64,000 nt of DNA from Squalus acanthias (GCA_030390025.1 CM059432.1:2356001-2420000); one strand, 5' to 3'; numbered from the stretch's first letter, positions 1 through 11,309 are shown. Translations and numbers: made by a program. The notes: generated by a model from the letters alone, not told the origin.

Positions 1-317
1 CTGTGAAGTAAGAACACCCGTCCTCTAACGCTGGCTATGCTGTGCAGAGATCGCCCCCTAGTTGTGGACATACTAAGACGTAAGGAATGACCGTTTGGGC
101 AAGATACTGGAAGCTTTCAAGTGAATCCGTTGGGTGCAATATCATGGCTACCAGAATCTGTTCACATCAGACAGTTGCCCACAAGGAAGAGTCACATATC
201 TGGCAGGGAACCTCATTCACTGGGGGAACTTGTCGGAAATTCAGACCTACGCTGTGCATGATCTTCTGACCATTAATTGTCCAGATATCGTGCAGTGTAT
301 ACCTAAATCCGCAATAT

Positions 318-513
318 ACAAAGAATATACAGCACAGGAAGAGGGCATTCGGCCCAACTGGTCTGTGCCGGTGTTTATGCTCCACACGAGCCTCCTCCCA
401 CCCCTCTTCATCGCACCCCATCAACATATCCTTCTATTCCTTTCTCCCTCATGTGTTTATCCAGCTTCCCCTTAAATGCATCTGTGCTATTCGCCTCAAC
501 CACTCCCTGTGGT
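318..513 (-). mobile_element. CR1 LINE 3' end fragment (tail type with GAGATGAAGAGGGGTGGGAGG)
   Basis: Minus-strand peptide LPQGVVEANSTDAFKGKLDKHMREKGIEGY is nearly identical to the end of ORF 1766..2101; GGGCCGAATG tail motif. Confidence 0.85.
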
Positions 514-711
514 AGGAACAATTGAGATAGTACTGAACTAATCCAAGCAGACCTGTAGGCTTCTTTTTGCATGGTGTTGGGGGCGGGGGGTCCTAATTCG
601 TATAACTTATGGTGTTCTTCCCAATTAGAAAGTCCAATGCTCCAATACCATTTTCTAAATTGTAAAATCATTTTGAGGAGGTCACAGTGGTTCTGGTGGA
701 GTTCATTACCG

Positions 712-1241
712 AAAGAAGGATATACTTGCCATAGAGGGAGTGCAATGAAGCTTCACCAGACAGTTCCTGGGATGAGGGGATTGTCCTATGAGGAGAGATT
801 GAGTAGACTAGGCCTATATTCTCTAGAGTTCAGAAGAATGAGAGGTGATCTCATTGAAACATACAAAATTATTACAGGGCTTGTCAGGGTAGATGCAGGG
901 AGGATGTTTCCCTTGGCTGGGGAGTCTAGAACCAGGGGTCACAGTCTCAGAATAAGGAGTCGGCTATTTAGGACTGAGATGAGGAGAAATTTCTTCACTC
1001 AGAGGGTGGTGAATCTTTGGAATTCTCTACCCCAGAGGGCTGTGGAGGCTCAGTCGTTGAGTATATTCAAGACAGAGATCGATAGATTTTTGATATTAAG
1101 GGAATCAAGGGATATGGGGATAGTGCAGGAAAGTGGAGTTGAGGTCGAAGATCAGCCATGATCTCATTGAATGACGGAGCAGACTCGAAGGGCCGAATGG
1201 CTGACTCCTGCTCCTATTTCTTATGTTCTTATGTTCTTATG
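712..1241 (+). mobile_element. CR1 LINE 3' fragment (ORF2 C-terminus plus 3' UTR)
   Basis: GLSYEERLSRLGLYSLEFRRMRGDLIETYK...RRNFFTQRVVNLWNSLP; tail GATCAGCCATGATC...GGGCCGAATGG...(TATGTTCT)n. Confidence 0.92.
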
Positions 1242-1442
1242 AACAGGAGGGTCAATTGACAAGGGGAAAGAAAATAGGGCATGGCGTCTAACGGGCAGCT
1301 GCCAGTTTATCCCCACCACCAAAAGTCCCCACAAAGTCCCAACAATTACCTCTAATTCTGTTGCTAAATTTGGTGTTGAGCTTAGTTGAGGCTGGGCAGT
1401 CGGTCAAAGACTGAAAGGCCAGTCGAGAACAAGACAGGGAGT

Positions 1443-2200
1443 TGACGTTTGTTGGGTAGGGGTATTAAGGGTTACGGAACCAAGGCGGGTAGATGGAGTT
1501 AAGATACAGATCAGCCATGATCTCATTGAATGGCGGAACAGGCTCGAGGGGCTGAATGGCCTCCTCCTGTTCCTATGTTCCTACAGAATTGAAAAGTAGG
1601 GAAGTTATGCTAAACCTGTATCGAACCTTGGTTAGACCATACTTCGAGTACTGCGTACAGTTCTGGTCGCCATATTATAAAAAGGATATAGAGGCACTGG
1701 AGAGGGTGCAGAGAAGATTTACAAGGATGATACCAGAAATGTGAGGGTATACATATCAGGAAAGGATGAACAGGCTGGGACTCTTTTCTCTTGAAAAAAG
1801 AAGGCTGAGGGGTGACCTAATAGAGGTCTTTAAAATTATGAAAGGTTTTGATAGAGTGGATACAGAGAGAGTGTTTCCACTTGTGGGGAAGAGCATAACT
1901 AGAGGCCATCAATATAAGATAGTCACCAAAAAATCCAATAGGGAATTCAGAAGAAACTTCTTTACCCAGAGAGTGGTGAGAATGTGGAACTCGCTACCAC
2001 AGGGAGTGGTTGAGGCGAATAGTATAGATGCATTTAAGGGGAAGCTGGATAAACACATGAGGGAGAAAGGAATAGAAGGTTATGTTGATGGGGTGAGATG
2101 AAGAGGGGTGGGAGGAGGCTCGTGTGGAGCAGAAACCCCGGCACGGAGCAGTTGGGCCGAATGGCCAGTTACTGTCCTGTAAATTCTTTGTAATTCTACG
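1443..2200 (+). mobile_element. Two abutting CR1 3' fragments (tail to ~1581, then ORF2 C-terminus plus second tail type)
   Basis: LYRTLVRPYFEYCVQFWSP and LFSLEKRRLRGDLIEVFK...FFTQRVVRMWNSLP in ORFs 1556..1744 and 1766..2101. Confidence 0.9.
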
Positions 2201-2519
2201 TAATATATAAATTATTCAAATAAGGTGGCCCTGCAGAATCTGATGTGGACTGGAGACTTCGCAAATAGTGCAGGTGCAGACAGAAGTGCGGAGATGCTGC
2301 CCACTTTTGACCTGCTCAAGGAATTGGCCCTTTACAGCTTCCCTTCGGCCCGGTCAAAATGAGGCAGTCCCAGGAGAAAAGGCCAGTAAATCACACCTGG
2401 CCCTGGACCCAATTTAAACATTTTTTTTCCCGATAATTAATGAGGCTCTTTCCCATTTAGCGTGAGAGAACGCTGCAAACAAAACATATAACTGGTAAGA
2501 AATGGCAGGCAGACTTACA

Positions 2520-2710
2520 GAGAATTTACGGAGAAGCTACTGCACAGAAACAGGCCATTCGGCCCAACTGGTCCGTGCCGGTGTTTCTGCTCCACACCAG
2601 CCTCCTCCCACCCCTCTTCATCTCACCCTATCAGCATCTCCTTCTATTCTTTCCTCCCTCATGTGTTTATCCAGCTTCCCCTTAAATGCATCTGTGCTAT
2701 TCACCTCAAT
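2520..2710 (-). mobile_element. CR1 3' tail fragment
   Basis: Reverse complement of the tail at 2020-2200 (GGCCATTCGGCCCAAC...CCCCTCTTCATCTCACCC). Confidence 0.85.
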
Positions 2711-3069
2711 CAATCCTTGCAAAGGATTTGAGCAAGAAGTAAGGTTAAGGCTTGCTCACCTGACCTCCTGACGCTCCCATTTGTGCTCTAAGTTATTCAA
2801 CTATGCCTCGACCTCCAGTCAGATCCTCCAAGTTGTGACGCCCCATCCACTGTTTCAATGACAGGCAGCCACTCTTGGCATCTCCTTTGAGTATGCAGGG
2901 CTGTTATAGAATCATATGGCACAGAATGAGGCCACACAGAAAGAGCTCTCCAACTAGGCCCACTCCACAGAGCCCTGCAAATGTTTCCTTCTCGAGTATT
3001 TATCCAATTCTCTGTTGAAAGTTACTATTGAATCTGCTTCCATCACCCTTTCAGGCAGCGCATTCCAGA

Positions 3070-4010
3070 CTGTTGTATATATGGACTTTCGAAAGACATT
3101 TGATAAACTACCACATAACAGACTTATTCAGAATATAGAAGCACATGGTGTTAAAGGGACGGCGGTAACCTGGGTATGTGATTGGCTGAGGAAAGGGAGC
3201 AGAGAGTCGAGGTGAAGGGATGCTTCTCTGACTGGAGAGAAGTATGCAGTGGGGTCACCAAAGGGTCGGTATGAGGACCATTGCTTTTCCTGTTATATAT
3301 AAATGACCTGGGACTTGGGTAAAGGGAGCACAATTTCAAAGTTTGCGGATGATACAGAATTTGGCAATGTAGTAAAAAGTGAGCAGGACAGTAGCAGACT
3401 TCAAGAGGACAGAGAGAGAGACTGGTGAAATGGGGAGAGACTGGTGAAATGGGCAGACACACGGCGGATGCAGTTTAATGGGGAGAAGTGTGAAGTGGTG
3501 CACTTTGGGAGATACAACATGGAGAGGCAGTATAATCTAAATGGTATTTTGAGGGGGGGGGTGGGTGAAAGAGCAGAGGGTCCTGGGGGTGCATCTTCAC
3601 AAATCTTTCAAGGTGGCGGGGCAAGCTGATAAGGCGGTTAAGAAAGCGTATGGGGTACCTGGCTTTGTAAATAGAGGCACTGAATACAAAAATAAGGAAG
3701 TCGTGCTAAACCTTTACAAATCTCTGGTTCGGCCTCAGCTGGAATGTTGTGTCCAATTCTGGGCACCACACTTTAGGAAGGATGCCAAGACCGTGGAGAG
3801 GGCGCAGAGGAGGTTTACCAGGATGGTACCAGGGATGAGGGACTTCAGTTATGTGGAGAGGTTTTAGCAGCTGGGATTGTTCTTCTTGAGCAGAGAAGGT
3901 CAACGAGAGACTTAATAGAGGTCTTCAAAATTATGCGAGATTTTGATAGGGCAAGTAGGGAGAAACTGTTTCCTCTGGCAAATGGGGTCGGTAACCAGAC
4001 ATCATGGATT
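3070..4010 (+). mobile_element. Degenerate CR1 reverse-transcriptase fragment (preceded by a minus-strand CR1 tail at ~2905-3069)
   Basis: VVYMDFRKTFDKLPH, KFADDT, WAD...MQFNGEKCEVVHFG and LVRPQLECCVQFW motifs across frameshifts and stops. Confidence 0.88.
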
Positions 4011-4012
4011 TA

Positions 4013-4127
4013 AAGGAAGAATGTCTTGCATTTCTATAGCGCCTTTCACGACCACCGGACGTCTCAAAGCGCTTTACAGCCAATGAAGTACTTTTTGAAG
4101 CGTAGTCACTGTTGAATGTCGGAAACA
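4013..4127 (-). mobile_element. Deu-domain (SacSINE1-like) SINE 3' fragment
   Basis: Reverse complement of the 3' end of the full copies (e.g. 56690-56790). Confidence 0.8.
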
Positions 4128-4141
4128 TTCTGATTGCTACC

Positions 4142-4503
4142 TGGGAATGGTAGCATAGTGCTTATCTTACTAGTACTAGCTAATCCAGAGGCCTGGACTA
4201 ATGATCTGGAACATATGAATTCAAATCCCACCACTGAATTTAAATTCAGTTAAGAAATAAATCTGGAATGAAAAGCTAGTATCACTAATTGGTGACCATG
4301 AAACTACCGGATTGTTGTAAAATCCCATCTGGTTCACGAATGTCCATCAGGGAAGGAAATCTGTCGTCCTTACCCGGTCTGGCCTATATGTGACTCCAGA
4401 CCCACAGCAATGTGGTTGACTCTTAACTGCCCCTCTATAGTGGCCTAGCAAGACACTCAATTAAGGGCAATCAGTGACGCCCGCATCCTGTGAATTAATA
4501 AAA
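4142..4503 (+). mobile_element. tRNA-derived SINE sharing its 3' tail with the CR1-group LINE at 21960-22645 and 38835-39750
   Basis: Degenerate A box (TGGTAGCATAGTG) and B box (AATTCAAATCC); tail GGGCAAT...CAGTGACGCCCGCATCCTGTGAA matches the LINE tail GGGCAAT...CAGCGACGCCCACATCCCATGAA. An older relative lies at ~32843-33030. Confidence 0.7.
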
Positions 4504-4608
4504 GCCTTTGGAATTCTGCATCTGTCACATATCAAGCTTTCTGGCATTTTATTCTAATCGTTTTCCCTCATGATTTTACAATTGTGCTGAGACATCGATA
4601 ATATATAA

Positions 4609-5404
4609 TAAAAACAGAAAATGCTGGAAATACTCAGCAGGTCAGGCAGTATCTGTGGAAAGAACATCAGAATATAAGAATTAGGAGCAGGAGTCGGCCA
4701 TACGGCCCCTCGAGCCTGCTCTGCCATTCAATAAGATCATGGCTGATCTTCGACCTCAACTCCACTTCCCCGCCCGATCTCCATATCCCTCGATTCCCTT
4801 AATATCCAAAAATCTATCGATCTTTGTCTTGAATATACTCAACGACTGAGCCTCCATAGCCCTCTGGGTAGAGAATTCCAAAGATTCACCACCCTCTGAG
4901 TGAAGAAATTTCTCCTCATCTCAGTCCTAAATGGCCGACCCCTTATCCTGAGACTGTGACCCCCTGGTTCTAGACTCTCCAGCCAGGGGAAACATCCTCC
5001 CTGCATCTACCCTGTCAAGCCCGTTAAGAATTTTATACATTTCAATGAGATCACCTCTCATTCTTCTAAACTCTAGAGAATATAGGCCTAGTCTCCTCAA
5101 TCTCTCCTCATAGGACAATCCCCCCATCCCAGGATTCAGTCTGGTGAACCTTCGTTGCACTCCCTCTCAGGCCTTAGATAAGGAGACCAAAACTGTGCAC
5201 AGTACTCCAGGTGTGGTCTCAGCAAGACCCTATATAAATGTAGCAAGACTCCCTTACTCTTATATTCCAATCCCTTTGTAGTGAGAAACAGAGTTAATGT
5301 TTCAAACAACCCTGTTTCTCTTTCCTCAGACGCTGCCTAACCTGCTGAGTATTTCCAGCATTTTCTGTTTTTATTTCAGATCTCCAGCATCCACAGAATT
5401 TTGC
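4609..5404. mobile_element. Penelope-like inverted-repeat remnant split by a minus-strand CR1 fragment (~4665-5280)
   Basis: 4609-4660 (AAAACAGAAAATGCTGGAAATACTCAGCAGGTCAGGCAG) is the reverse complement of 5333-5372; the same sequence follows the hammerheads at 17186, 50004 and 58688. The intervening segment encodes GLSYEERLRRLGLYSLEFRR on minus. Confidence 0.75.
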
Positions 5405-5543
5405 ATCGATAATATATATTTTTTTAATGCCACTTGTATGGGGCCTCTATTGAATTTCACAGAGGCAGTGTGATAGGAACATAGGAACGAGAGTAGGCAA
5501 TTCAGGCCCTCGGACCTGTTCCGCCATTCAATTAGATCATAGA

Positions 5544-6919
5544 CAATGTCCCCTTTAAGCTGCGCGGCCATGTAGTGCTCCCGGGGTCCGGCTCTCCCGG
5601 GGTCCGGCGCTCCCAGGGTCCGGCCCTCCCGGGGTCCGGCGCTCCCGGGGTCCGGCTCTCCCGGGGTCCGGCGCTCCCAGGGTCCGGCTCTCCCGGGGTC
5701 CGGCGCTCCCGGGGTCCGGCTCTCTCGGGGTCCGGCTCTCCCGGGGTCTGGCGCTCTCGGGGTCCGGCTCTCCCGGGGTCTGGCGCTCTCAGGGTCCGGC
5801 TCTCCCGGGGTCCGGCTCTCCCGGGGTCCGGCTCTCCCGGGGTCCGGCTCTCCCGGGGTCCGGCGCTCTCGGGGTCAGGCTCTCCCGGGGTCCGGCGCTC
5901 CAGGGTTCAGGCGCTCTCGGGGTCCGGCTCTCCCGGGGTCCGGCTCTCTCGGGGTCCGGCTCTCTCGGGGTCTGGCTCTCCCGGGGTCCGGCGCTCTCGG
6001 GGTCCGGCGCTCTCGGGGTCCGGCTCTCCCGGGGTCCGGCGCTCTCGGTGTCCGGCGCTCTCGGGGTCCGGCGCTCTCGGGGTCCGGCGCTCTCGGGGTC
6101 TGGCGCTCCCGGGGTCCGGCGCTCCCGGGGTCCGGCTCTCCCGGGGTCCGGCGCTCCCGGGGTCCGGCTCTCCCGGGGTCCGGCTCTCCCGGGGTCCGGC
6201 GCTCCCGGGGTCCGGCTCTCCCGGGGTCCGGCTCTCCCGGGGTCCGGCTCTCCCGGGGTCCGGTTCTCCCGGGGTCCGGCGCTCTCGGGGTCCGGCTCTC
6301 CCGGGGTCCGGCTCTCCCGGGGTCCTGATCTCCCGTGGTCCGGCGCTCCCGGGGTCCGGCTCTCCCGGGGTCCGGCGCTCTCGGGGTCCGGCTCTCCCGG
6401 GGTCCGGCGCTGCCGGGGTCCGGCTCTCTCGGGGTCCGGCGCTCTCGGGGTCCGGCTCTCTCGGGGTCCGGCTCTCTCGGGGTCCGGCTCTCCCGGGGTC
6501 CGGCTCTCTCGGGGTCCGGCTCTCTCGGGGTCCGGCTCTCCCGGGGTCCGGCGCTCTCGGGATCCGGCTCTCTCGGGGTCCGGCGCACTCGGGGTCCGGC
6601 TCACTCGGGGTCCGGCGCACTCGGGGTCCGGCTCTCTCGGGGTCCGGCTCTCTGGGGGTCCGGCTCTCCCGGGGTCCGGCTCTCTCGGGGTCCGGCTCTC
6701 TCGGGGTCCGGCTCTCCCGGGGTCCAGCGCTCTCGGGATCCGGCTCTCTCGGGGTCCGGCGCTCTCGGGGTCCGACGCTCTCGGGGTCCGGCTCTCCAGG
6801 GGTCCGGCTCTCCCGGGGTCCGGCTCTCCCGGGGTCCGACGCAGGTGGTGAGCCGGCTGTTAAATTGAAACAAACGCGGACTTTTGAATGGGCCGTGCAA
6901 AAAAATTACGGGAACACTA
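5544..6919. mobile_element. hAT-type non-autonomous element (MITE) containing an expanded minisatellite
   Basis: Ends CAATGTCCCCTTTAA / TTACGGGAACACTA; degenerate 8-bp TSD ATCATAGA/ATCATGGC; non-repeat parts align with the inverted copy at 7442-7609. Confidence 0.75.
5577..6838. repeat. 16-bp GC-rich minisatellite GGGGTCCGGC(T/G)CTC(C/T)C, about 79 copies
   Basis: Directly visible; the 16-aa periodicity of the overlapping ORFs equals three units. Confidence 0.97.
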
Positions 6920-7441
6920 ATCATGGCTGATCTGTATCTTAACTCCATCCACCCGCCTTGGTTCCGTAACACTTAATACCCTGACCCAACAAAAATCTAT
7001 CAATCTCAGTTTTGACATTTTCAGTTGACCCCCAGCCTCAACAGCTTTTTGGGGGGGGAGTGTTCCAGATTTCCACTACCCTTTGTGTGAAGAAGTGCTT
7101 CCTGACATCACCCCTGAACGGCCTGGCTCTAATTTTAAGGTTGTCACCCACTTGTTCTGGACTCCCCCCACCAGAGGAAATAGTTTCTCTCTCTCTGCCC
7201 GATCAACTCCTTTAATCAACTTAAACACCTCGATTAGATCACCGCTTAATCTTCGATACTCCAGATATATAAGATGATGGAGCCCCAGGTTGCGCTGTAT
7301 CCAGTTAGTGCCAAGGCTACTTTCTCAGTATAAAACCATAGTTCGTAAACTTGTTTGGGGTTCATCTAACATACATTTCTCGTAGCCTCTTGCACCCCAC
7401 TAATTTCATTTACAACCCTCCACTTATTTTCCAGTCATTAG

Positions 7442-7609
7442 CAATGTTCCCCCTAATTTTGTTTTGGGGTGCGCGGTCCCTTTAACGGGCTGCGCGGTCC
7501 CTTTAACGGGCTGCGCAGCCCGTTCAAAATCTCCAATTGAAAAGCCGGTGAGCGGCCTGCGCGTGACCTCCAGACAGCTGCACGGCCACGCAGCTTAGCG
7601 GGAACGTTG
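7442..7609. mobile_element. hAT-type MITE, 168 bp
   Basis: 15-bp TIRs CAATGTTCCCCCTAA / TTAGCGGGAACGTTG; 8-bp TSD GTCATTAG/GTCGTCAG; internal 21-bp tandem duplication. Confidence 0.78.
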
Positions 7610-7726
7610 GTCGTCAGTATATAAGTAGGTTGGGGAGGACTAGGGGATCTCAATTTTCAGTTGTGCAAGGCCAGATCTAGGTTAGATGTCATAGTGGACC
7701 TCTGAAACAGGCTGCCAGCTCGTGTA

Positions 7727-8420
7727 ATCTGGGGGTCCTCGTACATGAAACACAAAAAGTTAGCATGCAGGTGCAGCAAGTAATTAGGAAGGCAAATGGA
7801 ATATTGGCCTTTATTGCAAGGGGGATGGAGTCTAAAAGTAGGGAAGTCTTGCTACAACAGTACAGGGCGCTGGTGAGACCACACCTAGAGTACTGCGTAC
7901 AGTTTTGGTCTCCTTATTTAAGGAGGGATATACTTGCATTGGAGGCAGTTCAGAGAAGGTTCACTAGGTTAATTCCTGAGATGAAGGGGAGCAGGTTGGG
8001 CCTATACTCATGGAGTTTAGAAGAATGAGAGGTGATCTTATTGAAACGTAAAAGATTCTGAGGGGGCTCAACAAGGTAGATGCAGAGAGGATGTTTTCCC
8101 TTGTGGGGGAATCTAGAACTCGGGGGCATAATTTCAGAATAAGGGGTCACCCATTTAAAACGGAGATGAGGAGGAATTTCTTCTCTCAGAGAGTCGTGAA
8201 TCTTTGGAATTCTCTTCCCCAGAGAGATGGAGGCTGAGTCATTGAATATATTCAAGGTGGAGATAGACAGATATTTGAGCTACAGGGGAGTCGAGGGTTA
8301 TGGGGAGCAGGGCAGGAAAGTGGAGTGAGGTCAAAGATCATCCATGATCTTATTGAATGGCGGAACAGGCTTGAGGGGCCGAATGGCCGGCTCCTGCTCC
8401 TATTTCTTATGTTTTTATGT
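7727..8420 (+). mobile_element. CR1 3' fragment
   Basis: MQVQQVIRKANGILAFIARG...LVRPHLEYCVQFWSP plus standard tail. Confidence 0.92.
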
Positions 8421-8814
8421 GTGGTGGACGCCAGTCGCTGAATTCCCTTCAAGCCAGAGCTGGACCTGTTTCAGGCTGGGGTGGACAAGAGAGGTGTGCA
8501 CCCCTCTTCATCTCACCCTATATTACTACTGCGTAAGGCTGATGTGGATGTGGAGCAACAACTATAATTTTGCAGTGAGGTGGTTAAGCCAGGTAATTGG
8601 GTCAGGAGTAGCGGAGCGTGTCGCTGTGATGCCTCCTCCGTATTTGTGAACGGGGCGTTGAGTCGTTCTATGTTCCGTGGTCTGTTCTGGGTGACCATAG
8701 TCGCACACTGGGGAGATTTTAATTCGCCGTTCGCGCGCCAAGTACCCGCGCCGGCCATGGTTAGTGCGGACGGCGGTTTAGGGTTGCCCGTAAGCTTCGC
8801 GGAAATTCGAAGCC

Positions 8815-9690
8815 AGGGATCTCACCCTATCAGCATAACCCTCTGTTCCTTGCTTCCAGTGTACTTATCTAGATTCCCCATAAAAGCATCTGTGCTCTTC
8901 GCCTCAACCACTCCCTGTGGGAGTGAGTTCCACATTCTCCCCACTCTCTGGGTAAAGACATTTCTCCTGAATTCCCTATTGGATTTATCGGTGACTATCT
9001 TATATTTATGGCCCCTAGTTCTGGTCTCCCCACAAGTGGAAACATCTTCTCTACGTCTACCCTATCAAACCCTTTCATAATTTTAAAGACCTCTATTGGG
9101 TCACCCCTCAGTATTCTCTTTTCTAGAGAAAAGAGACCCAGCCTGTTGAGCCTCTCTTTCGGATGAGATGTTAAACCGAGGACACGTCTGCCCCCTCAGG
9201 TGGACGTAAAAGATCCCATGGCAATATTTCGAAGAAGAGCAGGGGAGTTATCCCCGGTGTCCTGGGGCCAATATTTATCTCTCAATCAACATAACAAAAA
9301 CAGATTATCTGGTCATTATCACACTGCTGTTTGTGGGAGCTTGCTGAGCGCAAATTGGCTGCCGTGTTTCCCACATTACAACAGTGACTACACTTCAAAA
9401 AGTACTTCATTGGCTGTAAAGCGCTTTGAGACGTCCGGTGGTCATGAAAGGCGCTATAGAAATGCAAGTCTTTCTTTCTTTTTTTCTCTCCTGATAGTTA
9501 TAACCTCTTAGTTCTGGTATCACTGTTGTAAATCTTTTTTGCCCCTTCTCCAGTGCCTCAATGTGCTTTATGTATAATATGGAAACCAGAACTGTTCGCA
9601 GTATTCCAAGCATGGTCTGACCAAGGTTCTGTATAATTTTAACATAACTTCTCTGCTTTTCAATGCTATCCCTCTAGAAATGAACCTTTG
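8815..9690 (-). mobile_element. CR1 3' fragment interrupted by a plus-strand Deu-SINE (~9155-9482)
   Basis: CR1 C-terminal peptide IEALEKGQKRFTTVIPELRGY on minus; CR1 sequence continues on both sides of the SINE. Confidence 0.85.
9155..9482 (+). mobile_element. Deu-domain (SacSINE1-like) SINE, 5'-truncated
   Basis: TCTTTCGGATGAGATGTTAAACCGAGG...AAAGATCCCATGGCA...GGTGTCCTGG core; tail AAAGGCGCTATAGAAATGCAAGTCTTTCT. Confidence 0.88.
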
Positions 9691-10155
9691 TGCTTTCTTT
9701 GCATTTTTTTTGCACCTCCTGATTTGTCTAGGCATTGGAAATGTTGCTTGAAAAATTCTATCCAGTGCTCAGCACTGTTCCTGGTGGTTGCAGAGACTTC
9801 ATTGTCTTCACCCGGTGTTCCTGGCTGTCACAATGGTGACTTGAGCCACCGTTGGTGAGGTTAATCCTTCCAGTCTCTGCCTCCTCCTTCAAATAACCCA
9901 GGGACACAGAACTTCCTTCAGAATCAAGTAATCTGCCTGGGAAATAGTCATCCAACTGCAATATCCTGTGTTCCTGCTCACTGGCCACCTATCTGTATAC
10001 TGATGGAGTGAAGCCCACTTGCTGTTCATCAAGTCTGATGTCAAGTTTCCGTTAAGATTGTTGTTATGAACAATACGCAAGTGACCTGCTGGATAGACCC
10101 ATACCCCTCCCTCTCTCTGTCCCCTCCTCCAGTCCTACAACCCTCCCTCTCTCTG

Positions 10156-10595
10156 TCACACCGTCGCATGCCCGATACAAGACTCCCAAAACAAGCGCAC
10201 TACTCGGAGCTCCGACACGGCAAGAGAGCCCCAGGTGGGCAGAGGAAACACTTCAAGGACACCCTCAAAGCCTCCTTGAAAAAGTGCAACATCCCCACCG
10301 ACACCTGGGAATCCCTGGCCCAAGACCGTACAAAGTGGAGGAGAAGCATCCAGGAAGGCGCCGAACACCTCGAGTCTCTTCGCCAGGAGCAAGCGGAAGC
10401 CAAGCGCAAACAGTGGAAGGAGCGCACGTCAACCCAAGCACCCCACCCACCCACTCGCCCCTTCAACCACCGTCTGCCCCACCTGTGACAGAGACTGTAG
10501 GTCCCGCATTGGACTCATCAGTCACCTGAGAACTCATTTTTAATGTGGAAGCAAATCATCCTCGGTACTGAGGGACTGCCTAAGAGAGAAGAAGA
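10156..10595 (+). mobile_element. RTE-clade LINE 3' fragment
   Basis: RMPDTRLPKQ..YSEL..GKRAPGGQRKHFKDTLKASLK; same family as 26908-29160; AAG-rich tail. Confidence 0.9.
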
Positions 10596-10972
10596 TCTCT
10601 CATTCTTCTAAACTCCAGAGAGTATAGGCCCATTCTACACAATCTCTCATCATAGGACAGCCCTCTCATCTGAAGGGTCGATAACCAGAGGGCACAGATT
10701 TAAGGTGATTGGTAAAAGACATGAGGAAAAACTTTTTTTAAGCAATGAGTGGTTAGGATTTGGAATGCGCTGTCTGATCGGGAGGTGGATACAGATTCAA
10801 TAGAAGCCTTCAAAAGGAAATTGGATAAATACTTGAAATAGAAAAAATTGCAGGGATATGGGGAAAGAGCGGGGAGTGGGACTAACTGGATTGCTCTTCG
10901 AAAGAGCCGGCACAGACAGGATGGGCCGAATGGCCTCCTTCTGTGCTGTACTATTTGATGATTCTATGATTC
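10596..10972. mobile_element. Short CR1 fragments (minus 10596-10670, plus 10671-10972)
   Basis: CTCATTCTTCTAAACTCCAGAGAGTATAGGCC; tail GATGGGCCGAATGGCCTCCTTCTGTGCTG...GATTCTATGATT. Confidence 0.8.
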
Positions 10973-11236
10973 AAGGAATACACATAATAGTTATCAAGTC
11001 ACACACATGCAGAATGGCCACCTGAATGGGGTACGAGAGAGCGGCCAGCACTCATTGAACTGCTCCCCAACATGATTCAGTTCAATGCCTTTAGGAGAGG
11101 AGAAAACATGTGAAATAGAAGCAGGAGTCGGCCATTCGGCCCCTCGAGCCTGCTTTGCCATTCAATATGATCATGGCTGATCTTCCACCTCAACTCCGCT
11201 TTCCCGCCTGATCCCCATATCTGTATAAAAGAGGAG

Positions 11237-11309
11237 TGGAGAATGCGGGCATCGATCCCGCTACCTCTCACGTGCTAAGCCAGTGCTCTGTCATTTGAGC
11301 TAATTCCCT
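11237..11309 (-). pseudogene. tRNA-Ala(AGC) pseudogene
   Basis: Minus strand AGGGAATTAGCTCAAATGACAGAGCACTGGCTTAGCACGTGAGAGGTAGCGGGATCGATGCCCGCATTCTCCA resembles vertebrate tRNA-Ala-AGC. It has a 1:72 mismatch, loss of the D-loop GG and an anticodon-stem mismatch. TTTT lies 6 nt downstream and there is no CCA tail. Confidence 0.9.

Larger units (their letters stand above)
5475..7262 (-). mobile_element. CR1 3' fragment interrupted by a MITE at 5544-6919
   Basis: Joining the flanks (5475-5535 with 6920 onward) restores CCATTCAATTAGATCATGGCTGATCTGTATC of the reversed CR1 tail. Confidence 0.82.

Noticed and set aside
2298..2367. Imperfect 16-bp inverted repeat
   Set aside because: No TSD or second copy seen; probably an old MITE remnant, not enough to call.
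5575..6930. 451-aa Gly/Ser/Pro/Arg-rich ORF and overlapping ORFs
   Set aside because: Open in nearly all frames because the 16-bp unit has no stops; it lies within a MITE.
8708..8817. Small CpG-rich patch with weak terminal inverted similarity
   Set aside because: TIRs too degenerate to support a MITE call.
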